DNA of 64,000 nucleotides. Source: Takakia lepidozioides. Lineage: Eukaryota; Plantae; Bryophyta. Shown piece by piece: positions 12,756-24,717 of the stretch. The stretch spans positions 8,184,001-8,248,000 of the forward strand of contig CM060733.1 of NCBI GenBank assembly GCA_030704615.1. The letters are read 5' to 3'. Position 1 is the stretch's first letter; each line of letters starts with the position of its first letter. The position numbers were made by a program, and so were the translations under genes. The notes below the pieces were generated by a model. That model saw only the letters and a program-made list of their open reading frames with translations. It did no database searches and had not been told where the DNA came from.

Positions 12756-14585
12756 TTACATAATAATACACTGTGTTTTCTCAAGTTGATGTTTTTCATC
12801 TTTGTTCAGGGACTCTGATTTTAATTTCTTTCCTTGGTGCCTGCTATGGCCCTGCTCATTCCTCCTCCTTCTCATTCGTCGCCACTCGCGGTGTTGGTGT
12901 TTATGTCTTGATTGGCTCTGGCGCTTTTTCCTATGGATTTTTGCCACAGGAGGAGGACGCCGAGGCTTTCTCCCTTTAAGCTGCAAGAATTAAAAGATGA
13001 TTTGTGTTTAAAAATTTGCTTGAAAATTCGCATCGCATCGGGTATTTTTCATAACCAATTGGTTTTTTTTTTCCTCATATAATTATTAATAAAGATTTAA
13101 TCAGGGCCACTGTCCCCTGTTCTGTTAACAAAAAAAAAGAAAAAAAAGGTTTATGGTAACTGAAATTTAGATCTATTTATGTAGACTTCAGAGGGGGTGT
13201 ACTAACCATCTTTTGAACTGCTGCATGAATTTGAATGTACACTTGATCAGGTGGTGGCACAGCTGAAATCTGACAGAAATCAGATGCTAGAGTGAGTAGT
13301 TGTGACTCAATCAAACAGATAGGATTATGTAGGTTGGAAGTATGCCGAAGAATTGAGATACTATTGTAAGCTAAATAAACATATATTTAAAGGAGGGATG
13401 GAAAGCAAAGGTGAACATTGGAGAAAATTTCACTTTTTTTTCATATATTGCTAGTGTGGAATAGTTTTTTTTGAAAAAAAACCTTCTTAACAAGGGAAGG
13501 TGATAATTTTCGGTAGAAGGAAACCACAGGCAATGACTCCTTCTGAAATATTTTGAACCGTTTCTTAATTGTTTCACTGTTATCGTCACTGCGTCCACTG
13601 CTTTGGCTACGCTTCATTAAACGTTCTTCCATCACCTCTTTTGGGCAATCCAAGTATATTACTAGCTTGGGCCTTCCCACCTACACTTTCCAAATTTCAG
13701 TTATTATTATTAGTGAAGAAAAAGGTGAGCTACAGGCACAAATTATGTCAAGGATTTTTATTTTTTAAATGTCACTTAAAACAGCTAAACACCTTTTTTT
13801 TAAAGGCCTTTGCTTGATTAATGGCCCGTGGAAACCCATCAATAAGGAAGCCATTGCTTTTGCTTGAGGCATGCATTGCTGTCTCCAACAACCCAAGTGA
13901 TACTTCCACAGGTACTAACTTCCCTTCTTTCATCAATGCTTCACACTCTTGGCCAACCTTGGATCCCTTTTTCACCTCATCTCTCAAGAGGTCACCTACA
14001 GACAAATGTAGAAATCCAAAATCTTGTACCAAGCGGTCACATTGGGTGCCCTTTCCACAACCAGGACCTCCTGCAAAATACCATAATTATTAGTGAAGAA
14101 TTGCTAAGTATATGTTGAAGATTAACTTTTCAAATAAGTTTCAAATATTGAAATCATCTAACTCATCAATGACATTGACTTATATAGTTGGAAGATTGAT
14201 ATATAAATCCATATTTGATAGAAGTATAAAATTAACACAACTTGTTTCTTTGCATTATACATAATATGAATTGTTTTTGCATCATTCGAGTATGCACCAA
14301 CATTCAAAAGCTCAATTAGTAAAATTAAAATAATAATCTTAAGTTCATTTAAAAAAAGTTGTTCGCACGTTATAACTTCGAGGAAAGAGATGACTCCGGC
14401 CATAGCTTGCGTGGGGCTCAGAGCCACTTTGCCTCATGGCTACTGCCTCCTTTCAAGGTTGGGCCTATAACATTGGATACAAAATGTATTTACATACCAA
14501 GTACAAAGATAACTGGACGGTTTTTCTTTGGATTTTCATTTGATGTTTCTCCTTCTTCGTGATGTTTTGAATTACTGTTCCCCAT
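12756..14585 (-). CDS. Adenylate kinase / UMP-CMP kinase family protein, 5 coding exons
   Basis: Phase-compatible GT-AG exons 14585-14498 (MGNSNSK..VIFVLG), 14070-13793 (GPGCGKGTQC..HLSVGDLLR..GFLIDGFPR), 13680-13483 (SGRSDDNSETIKKRF), 13269-13207 and 12980-12756 (basic tail). If the last intron is retained, the stop is at 13177. Confidence 0.85.
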
Positions 14586-16535
14586 GGTAAGACGTGTACT
14601 ACAATGTCATCATCAAATTCGTACTTTCTGATCTACAATAACAATCAGTAGATTTTAGGGACGATTGTTTTTTAAAGAAACTTAGTACATGTGATAGATA
14701 GTGTTTGATATTGAACGTAAGAATTTGCAAATTGTTTGTTTCAAAAATAATAATTGTTGTAAGTTGGACATTGAGGGTGAACTACATATTTAGTGAAAGA
14801 TTGTATCCTCTTAAATGGTATCTCGTTTTAACACTTTAGTTGACAAATAATTTACGACATTGTGAACATATTCAAAAGTTGGGTAAATGAATCTTCAAGA
14901 TGTGTTTAGTGAAATTAAGAGATTTCTCTCTTACGAAGTAAACATGACACAATGTCATGTTTGTATATTAAAAGGTGATGTCTTGGCATCTTCAACTAAT
15001 ATTTTTATATTTATTTATGGACAAAAGAATTAGAAAATTTATGGAAAACAAGATCATAAATTTTTAATGACTTCGTAGCTCCACAGAAAAATAGTTTTAT
15101 AAAATAATGTACATGAGTCGAAGTTGAAAGTATGTGGAAAGTGACTGAAAAAGAAGAGACACGATGACATTGGGATAGAAGGATGACATTAATAATGAAG
15201 AGGCAAACACCTTGAAAGGACATATATAACCCCTAAGTTTGAGGATATACTTTGGGAACCAAGGGCAAAGACTCTTCAATTATTTTAACTTTTTATTTGA
15301 AAAACAAAATCCCTTTTACTAGATCTTAACAGACCTGGCCCTTTGTTACTAAATTAGTTACCATCCCTGCATGTTGCAGCTTAGTAAAAACTTGATGAGG
15401 ACAAATAGCCAGCAGATACTCTTTGTCAAAATGCATAAGCTCCCTTGGATCCAACATGATATAATACTAGACATAGTTAGCTTTCTCTTTTGAGAGAAGT
15501 GATAATATTTATGCACCTGAAGTATGAACCGAAATGTATATGTGTGGTTTTGATCAAGCCTATGCCTTTCTAAATGAATTATATTTTTTAATATTTGATG
15601 GAGATCCATTTAGAGCTGAGTAATGTGAGTTTATGGCAATTCTCCTAATTAGTGAGCTTCAAACGCATGACCGATCCGGCAAGATAATAATGATTAATTA
15701 TTGAAGATGAATTATATTTAAAAAGAACACATACGTCAAGGTTTAAATACGTTTGAGCACTCTCTGGGTGGATTTGCAGCACAATCTTTAACTCAAACCA
15801 ATATCGTGCCGCAAAATATATCAAGATGCCTCTGCTTCTTCTTCATTGATTTGTAAAGTATCACCATCCGACTGCCTATTCTGAAATACAAAATAGCCGG
15901 CTATGAAGATTGTTACAAACAATAGAATCATACGCAATGGACACATGATGTCTCTTTTGATTTGCTCCTTCCTCCTCACGATAAACTCACATTATGTTAG
16001 TCAAATCTCGTTTTCCAATGAGCTGCTCAAGTGTTAATTTGTCATTTTCTTTTTTGTCAAAGAATTCTCTCTAAATACCTCCAAAATGCAATGTATTCCA
16101 GTCACATCTAATTATCATGAAAGAACATTTTTGTCAATTGAAAGTCATTGCAACATGGAGTTTTTTTTCTTTGTTTCCTTTTTCCTTCTTTTTCAGAGTG
16201 GCGTTACTGAAATAATTCTCCATCGGATATGGATGAACAAATACAAAACAAATGTGCTAGAAATATGACAATATAACTTTACAAAGATTAGCAAACAGGA
16301 TGTTGCGAGATATGACTGTATTGGCTATGTCAAGTTATTTTACCACTAGTGTGAAACTAGCTAGGAAATAGCTAGTTTTTACATTATTGACATTTGGGAT
16401 TGGCCCAAGTGTCAATCCAGGGGTCAAGGCAGATTTAGGCCCTGGAGTGGTTATCTTCACGGCAAGCGCGGGAGGCTCATCTTTCTCGAGTTGAGCCTCA
16501 CCGCGCCTAGCTTTCTGGTTCTCTGCAGCTCTGCA

Positions 16536-16835
16536 GCGGACTGACTCAGTCCGGTAGACTGACGAGTGGACTCACCAGCAGACCGGTGATTGACGAGCAG
16601 ACTGACGATTGGCAAGCGGACTGACTCAGTCCGGTAGACCGGCGAGTGGACTCACCAGCAGACTGGCAATTGGCGAGCGGACTGACTCAGTCCGGTAGAT
16701 TGGCGAGTGGACTCACCAGCAGACCGGTGATTGACGAGCAGACTGGCGATTGGCGAGCGGACTGACTCAGTCCGGTAGACTGGCGAGTGGACTCACCAGC
16801 AGACTGGCGACTGACGAGCGGACTGACTGGCGACA
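16536..16835. repeat. Higher-order tandem repeat (80+61 bp) x2 in the 5' terminal region of the retroelement
   Basis: GCGGACTGACT starts at 16536, 16616, 16677, 16757 and 16818. The four full units each contain the palindrome GGACTGACTCAGTCC. Confidence 0.9.
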
Positions 16836-19800
16836 GATTCCAACTATTGGACGGGATGAGAGCATGCTGGGTTAGGCATTGCTTTAGCTTCTCTTCCTCG
16901 TAGTTTTCCACCCTCTCATTAGGCCAAGACCTTTCCGTAGGTGGAGGCAAGAGTCAGTCCGGGTTTGGGCTGGGGTGTCCTTGCAGGTTCAACACCGTGG
17001 AGTTGTTTTTGGTGTGGGGGAGTTGTCGTTCTGATTTCTTGTGTTTGGATCCCCCCCCACACCTACATGCTTGACTGTGCGCCATGTTGGTTTTATGTGG
17101 GCGCTTGCTTTCATAGGGATTAGGCCGGATTTGATCACCGGCCAATCCTAGAGTATGCTGTCGGTGGTGAGGCTGGAGTGATGACCAGCAAGACCACTAG
17201 TGTTTCTTCTATGGTGAGACTGGGTTGATGACCAGCCAACCATAGGAGTTCTTGCGGTGGATGCAGGTGCAGGTGCCCTGAGCCACTGGGATATGACCCT
17301 TAAACTGCAACAGGTGCCCACCCATGTCACTATTAGAATTAGTACTAGAGCCTTATAGTGTCACGTGGGGGAGGTGCACATTGTGAGTGTCATCACGGAG
17401 TTACCCAAGGGTTTTGAGGGGGTTATAGACATGTTCATGACCGGTTGAGTGACAGTTTGTCAACACGGAGGTGTCACTAGTTGCTGGGGAGAGTGCCGGT
17501 TCGAGCACTAGCGATACTAGTGGGTACACGAGACGAGGTGTGCGGTTTCACCTTCACCTCCTGTGTCTTCTATGGAAGGTTCTGATTCGGATTGTGAATC
17601 AGGATGACTCACACCGGCGGTGCAAGTTGTTTCCTTGCCATTGTTGTGGGACACAATGGAGGAGATGTATGGAGCTACCAAGGGGCCACGAAGGTACTCT
17701 GGGGTGGTGGGCACCATTGAGTTGGATGATTGTATCCAAGAGTTTGATAGTTGGTGTGATTTGCAGCAAATGCGCAATCCACAACTATTTACACCTTTCA
17801 TGGCATGGAAGGGGCTGTTTCAGCACCTTGAGGGGCCGCCTATGGATGATTACCATGAGTTCAGGCGGGGGCATGAGGTTGAGATCGAGGAGTGGAGGAT
17901 GTACTGGTCACCCGACTACGTCTCCATTACTAGGGGCACTAGAGCCACAAGGGCAGTGGCTACACCGGCAGCTTCAGCAAGCAGCAGTGGGACTGGTGAT
18001 ACCATAGCTACAACGTCCATCTAAGCTACTGCTGCACCAGCACCAGTGGCGGTGCCTGCCTTCAACCCTGTTGTGGAGTTCTTCGAAGAGTTAAGAGGGA
18101 ACTACCAAGGGGTGAGGACAGAGAAGTTGCGGAGCTTGCAAGAGTTCCAACGGAAGCGACTGAGAGCTTGAGGGAGGCTTTCACTCGCATGAGGCGCTTG
18201 ATAAATGTAACCCAAGGGGTTACGGAAGCTCAGGCAGTCCAATTCTGGTATGGGATATTGGACAAGGAGCTGAGGAGAAGGGTGCGGGATGCAACTCTCC
18301 TACAAGCGGCCCAACCCACCTTAGCAAATGTGTTTTTGCTGGCAGAGCGGATAGAGCTCAACATGGTGGAGGAATGAGTGGTCATGGTGGGATTTGCTAA
18401 GGAGACACCACGGGGTAGTGGTGCTCCTAGCCAACCACTACCTCAACGTGCTCAAGGCAACAAGGGGGTCCAGGTGAAGCCAAGGGAAGGACAGAGAGGA
18501 CCTCAGATGCAGGGGTCTCTCCCTTCATTTGTAGGCCAACAACGGGCAGATGTGGTGTGTTGGACATGTGGAGGACCCCATGTCAAGAAGGATTGCCCAG
18601 AGGGAGGCAAAGGGCTAGCATATGCAGAGCCTGCACAGTTGCAGTGTAGGCATTGTGACAAACACGGGCATGGAGAGACCCAGTGTTATGGTTTGCATCG
18701 TGAGTTGCGCCCAGGCCAGTTCCAAGGGAACAATGGTGGCCGGGGGCGAGGTGGAGCAGCCCAGAGAGGACGAGGTGGCCAGGCACGAGGTGCAGACCAA
18801 GGACAAGCTCAACATGGCCAAGGACATGGGGGTCAGGGTGGTGACCAAGGCATGGCCAACCAGCTTCAGCAGCTAGAGCAGAGGCTCGCTGCCATGGCTA
18901 CAGCTCAGGTGGTACCGGCTCCAAGGCCGGATGGTCCACCTCCTGCTCCTAAGGGAGGAGATATGGGAGGCATGGGATTCATGTGCGGAGCAGCACTACC
19001 ACTAGTGCAGGTGGAGTCTGCTGCAGCCGTGACTCGAGGAGCAGCTGAGCCACGAGGTGCAGAGGTGGAGTTGGATCCACAGCGTGGGAAGGCAAGCCGT
19101 CAGGCTAGGCTTCCTCAGTCATTCACATTGGCGGAGACAGTGTCGACGCCATCCATGGCACCTAGTTCTCGCCCGACTGTTACCGAGGCGGAGGTTACTA
19201 TGCCATTGGGGAGAGCTACACGGGTAGCACCACTACCTAGTGTTGCCAAGGCTACGGCAGCTAGTGTGCTGCTAGGAGCGGCCACATCTGTGTGCCAGGC
19301 TCCATTGTTCTCGGCTACCATGATTGCGACGCCGGGGGTAAGACCAGCTGAGGTGTTCAGGCTAGCAGCTACACTCTGTGAGAGTGGGGAGGTTACTTCA
19401 TCTTCTGCGGAGATAGTGGGAGGTGTAGTGCCGGAGAGATCCTCGGATTTGAGGGTCAAGACTGCCACGGCGGCGCCATGGCAAGCTGCAGCTGCCAGGT
19501 TGATGGAGCTGCCAACTAGGCCAGCCATTGAGCGCGCCATGGTGACACCTGGAGTTGTCTTGTTAGACAACCGGGATGACATTTTCTGTTTGAGTGGACC
19601 GGTAGGCAAGAGGTACCGACCACTGCGGGTCTTGTTGGACTCGGGAGCTTAGCCATTGATGTTGGGGAGAGCTGCTATTGCAGGCTTCGGCCTCACGGAG
19701 GCGGATATGGAGCCTTGTCCTTTCCAGATACAGACGTATCTGGGAGGATCGGAGCAGGCTCGGGGCATGACACGGCGTGAGTTGGCTATCAGACTACGGC

Positions 19801-20342
19801 TGGATCATCCTATAGATGGCTCAGTGATGCGAGCCAAGGCCATTGTGACAGACGCGGTCTCGTACGATGTCCTGGTTGGTGGGGCAGTATTGTACCCCAT
19901 GGGCTTCACCCTGGATTTTTGGGAGGAGTCAGCTTCCTATAGGTGGCAGTCAGGGGAGGGCCGGCGTGTGCAGCTCCCTATGACATTCATAGGAGGAGTT
20001 GCGGTTGCCCAACGGGGCAAGATGCCGACACTGGCAGCATTCACATCTGCAGTGACTTGGCCTGGAGAGTTGCTGGAGGGCAATGCCCATGCAGAGGATG
20101 TGCCACCTCTAGCAGATCAGGATGACATACATGGTACAGCGGAGGTGCCTGCCATGGTTGCTCACACTCCATTGTGGGGTACGAGCAAAGATTTGCAGCA
20201 GGTTGCTGATTGTCGTATGCAACAAGCCTGGGTAGAGGCTTTTGTACCGTCAGGAGAGGAGGAGAGTGCGGGTATTGCACCAGGACCACCTCACTTGTCA
20301 CCATTGGATACCACACCTATTGTGTGGCAGTATCCGGATGAA

Positions 20343-21296
20343 GGCATTTGCCTTCTGGACTTGTTTGGCGGGATCAGCACCGGATTGGCTGCTGTGCTAC
20401 AAGCAGGTGTGCGGGTAAGGCATTACTTGTATGTGGAGAGGGATGAGACTGCACGACGCGTCTCACTACGTCATGTTGCTCAGATGGTGCAGCAGTACCC
20501 TGAGTTGTTGCCGGTGTCTGCAGTTCATGGATATCAGAAGGCCTTGCCAGCAGACATTTCGTTGCTAGGGGCGCAGGATTTGGACCGGGTTGGCTCCATT
20601 GATCTAGTAGTGGCAGGTTGGCCCTGCCAAGGGCATTCATCAGCCGGGCATGGCAATGGATTGCGAGACTCGAGGTCGGGTCTGTTTTGGGAGATGGTGC
20701 GGGTTTTGCGCCACTTGCAGCTTCATCAAGATGTATCTCCAGCATACATCTTGGAGAATGTGCCACTGATGGGCGATTCTCGGGCCAGGGTGATGGCCAG
20801 TGTGCATCAAGTCCGGTCGTGGCTTGGGTCAGCAGTGTTGCTGGATGCAGCTGCAGTGGGGTCACGGGTTCATCGTCCACGGCTATGGTGGACTAACTTG
20901 ATGTCACCCGCACTGCTCAAGCGTGCATTTGATGGGGTGCAGCGGCCAGCACACCTCATAGTGGATAGCATTTTGGACACAAGGAGGCAGTCTCAACGTG
21001 TGAGACACGATGACCGTTCGCCTTTGGCAGTGGTCAACAGGGTGGGTCAACCACGAGCAACACTACCTACACTGCTCAGCTTCCGAGGATCGCATGCTTT
21101 CCGGGATAGTGGACCTGGCCTCATGTGGGATGCTTAGTTGCAGCAGTTAGTGGAGCCTAATGCTGACGAGCATGAGCGGGCAATGGGTTTTACCATTGGT
21201 ACCACGGCGGTGCCGTCTCTTTCTGAGGCATCACGTCGTCAGGTGTTGGGGCAAGCAATGGATCTCAATTGCTTGACCTGGATTATCAGCTTGGCT
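20343..21296 (+). other. C5-cytosine DNA methyltransferase domain (DNMT3-like) embedded in pol
   Basis: Motif I LDLFGGI, II YVERD, IV GWPCQGHS (Cys codon 20625-20627), V DSRSGLF, VI ILENV (ENV at 20754-20762), VIII HRPRLWWTNL, IX-X EHERAMGF..RRQVLGQAM. In frame with the protease; one TAG at 21135. Confidence 0.92.
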
Positions 21297-24200
21297 ATGG
21301 CTGAGCAACATAGAGTGCGGAGTGCACTTCCCTTTACGGTCTCTCTGCCTACCGAGACGGTACAGGCAGCGAGTGGGGGCAAGCCGGTGAGGACCACGGG
21401 GTGTAGACATCCATGGCACACGTGGGAGATGCTCGAGATTCAAAGGGAGTTGGCAGTCAAGGCAGCTGTGATGGATAAGGTTGGGGATTCTTCTCGGGTT
21501 GAGGAGGTTCTCAATGATGAGATGATGGGGCAGGATGAGGCCTTGTCATTGACTGAGCAGGCAAGGAGTACTGCTCAAGAGGTTGCGGCATAGCAACCAC
21601 GGGACGCATCCTCTACCTCTAAGTCTGCTGGACTTAAGGTTGTAGTTACGGAGGACAATTGGGAGCCTGACATTGGACCCATTGTCACCTGAGGAGAGAG
21701 ACGACGTATACGGCGGATCCTGAGGGCTTACAGGAATTGCTTTGCCTTCAGTTTGAAGGACTTGGGAGCACTGAAGGGTCAAGAGATCCGTATTGCGTTG
21801 GCCACTGACACGCCAATCTTTCGGAGACCCTATAGATACAGTGACATGGAGAGGTCTTTGATTCAGATGAGGACTCAAGATCTCTGGGAGGCAGGTTTGG
21901 TGGAGCTCTCTGGTGGAGAGTATGCTTCAGCCACAGTGATGCCAGCCAAGAAGGATGTCTATGGCAATTGGACGGAGAGACGTATATGCGGTGATTACCG
22001 GCCTGTAAATCGTCAGACCAAGTCTGACAGGTATGCCATGCCGACACCAGAGGAAATCCTTGATGCCATTGGGCATGCCAAGGTCTTTAGCACCTTGGAT
22101 TTACGATCCGGATATCACCAGTTGCCGATCAAGGAGGCGGATAAGCAAAGACGGCATTCTGGGGGATCAATGAGCACGGGAAGGATTGCCTATACCAGTG
22201 GCGGTACTTACCATTTGGGCTTAAAAACGCTCCTGCTGAGTTTCAAAGAGTCATGGACAGGATTCTAGCAGGGGTGGAGTTTGCTCGGTGCTACATAGAT
22301 GACATCATCATCTTTAGTGCTACGGTGGAGGAGCATGAGAGACACCTTCAGGGGGTATTTGAGCGCTTGAGGGCGCACGGATTGAAGTTACATCCGGGAA
22401 AGTGCAAGTTTTTCCACAACCAGATTGAGTATCTAGGTCACATGATATATCCTGGAGGATTGGGGGTACAGCAGACTAAGGTAGAGTCCATTGCACAGGT
22501 TCCACGCCCCACGGATGTGAGCCGAGTTCGAGCTTTCATGGGGTTAGCAAACTATTATAGACGGTTTGTTAAGGGATTTAGTGCCATTGCAAAGGCTCTA
22601 ACCAAGCTGACCAAGGTGGACCAGGAGTGGCAGTGGGAAGATGAGCAAGAACAAGCTTTTCAAGAGCTCAAGGCGAGGTTGACCTCGGCGCCCATCTTGA
22701 GACGACCTATCAGGGGGCGTCCTTTTTGCTGCATATAGATTGGAGCATGCTGGGGCTTGGAGCGGTGCTCACACAGGTGGATGATGAGGGAAGAGAGTTC
22801 GTAGTGGCTTATGCTAGCCGCTCAAACAACGCTGCAGAGTCTAAGTATAGCTCATATGAGGGAGAATGCTTAGCTGCAGTGTGGGCCGTGGCACACTTCA
22901 GGTGCTATCTATATGGCAATCTCTTCACCCTTGTCACGGATCACCAACCACTCAAGTGGTTGATGGAGTCAGACAAGCTTATGGGGAAGCTTGCACGGTG
23001 GGCACTCATACTCCAGGAGTATGACTTTCAGGTTGTGCATCGACCAGGTTTGGTCAATCGGGAAGCGGATGGATTGAGTCGCAATCCATGCACGAGCCAA
23101 CAGGATGACACTGGAGCTCGGTGGCATGGTGAGACGGATGAGGAGATGGTGCCGGGATGGCACGCATCTGTATTTTTGTGTATCTTGGCATCGGGAGGTC
23201 AGGTTGGACCTACAACAGGGATGACTGTAGACGGAGTGTCTGAGGACCCTGAGGCTAGTGATGAGCCAGGTGGTGCCAAAGATATACATGAGGATTCAGC
23301 TGTGTTGGACTACCTCCGCACGGGAGACACGGCAGCCACTGTGACTACTAGGGAGAGGGATCGGATCCTGCAACGAGCCAAGAGGTTCAAGTGGGAGGGG
23401 ATATACCTACTTTGAGTGTGGGAGGATGGTCGGGTGAGGATTGTGCCTCACCCCACACAGCGTGCACGGTTAGTGCGGCATGCCCATGAGGAGTTGGGGC
23501 ATTTTGGAGTGCGACGCACTCACAGTTTACTGCAGGGGCAGTATTGGTGGCGTGGTATGCATACAGAGGTGCAACAGTTCGTGGCTAGGTGCATGGTGTG
23601 TGACAGGGTGCGTGCTTCATTCAACGCCCCTACACCACAGTTGTATCCTTTACCAATCATGGGATTGGGCTACAGCTGAAGTCTTGACTTCGCAGGACCG
23701 TTGCCACTGACTATGCGCCACCACAGATATGTGTTGGTGATGGTGGAGCACTTCTCCAAGTGGATTGAGTTGGTTCCATTGCCTGACAAGGCTAGTGATG
23801 GGGCTGCGTATGCATTCTTGGATCGTGTGCTTAGCCGATTTGGTGCTCCAGCTGAGGTACTCACGGACCAAGGGAGAGAGTTCTTGGGGGAGTTTCAGGC
23901 TTTGTGTGATAAAGCCTTGATAGACCACCGCACCACTTCTCGGGATCATCCTGAGGCCGATGGCTTAGCAGAGAGAGTTGTTCAGACGGTGAAGAGGGGT
24001 TTGCGCAAGTATGGCTTGCAGAAGGGACACCTAGGAGATTGGGATCTTCAGGTTCCTTGGTTAGCCATGGGCTACAGGTTCAGCAAACAAGCATCACTTG
24101 CCTCCTTCTCACCATATTTCCTTCTCTTTGGCCGAGAGCCGGATTTGCCTGCAGCCATTCGTAGGGACACTGCTCAAGTCCTTAACCTTGACGATCCGGA

Positions 24201-24582
24201 CGTGTGGGTACGTGCATGTGATCAGCGTGCAGAGTTGTTCAAGAAAATCATGCCCATGGCTTTTGAGAACCTTGCCATTGCACAGCACCGTGATACGTTG
24301 AGGTATGCCACTATACGTGGTGGAGGATATCGTCCTGGGGTTCGGAGGTTTAGCCCTGGTGACTATGTTTATTTGCAGCAGACTGCTCCTACGACTCTGG
24401 ATGTTACTGCAAGGCGTGTTATTCTGAGAGTTTGAGAGGTGTTGCCCTCAGGGGTCCTGATCTTGGAGGGTCGGGATGGCATGACTTGGAAGGACCATGT
24501 GCGTAATTGTGCGCCATGTCACCTTCCCAATGTCGATGGCAGAGTTGACCCAAACTTGGCAGTGGTACCTGCAGGTTTGAGG

Positions 24583-24717
24583 TGCATGCTCTGTGGGTCT
24601 GCCAAAGGGGCAGCCACCATGCTGGTGTGTGATCGATGCTCAAGGGGTTGGCATATGGGATGCTTGACACCACCTCTTGAGAAGGTTCCTGACGGAGATT
24701 GGTTGTGTCCACACTGC
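24583..24717 (+). other. PHD finger at the integrase C-terminus
   Basis: CMLC..MLVCDRC..WHMGCLTPPLEKVPDGDWLCPHC is a complete C4HC3 PHD, in frame with integrase across a TGA at 24433. Confidence 0.92.

Noticed and set aside
14586-16260. N-terminal coding extension of the adenylate kinase
   Set aside because: In-frame stops precede the ATG at 14585 and the upstream exon-like blocks contain stops in all frames; more likely UTR or decayed sequence.
16536-16835. Repeat array as a CRISPR locus
   Set aside because: The inter-repeat sequences are themselves repeated, there are no unique spacers or cas genes, and the context is a eukaryotic TE.
20343-21296. Bacterial restriction-modification MTase or host DRM gene
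   Set aside because: It is in frame within retroviral-type pol, has no endonuclease partner and no introns, and its motif order is not permuted.
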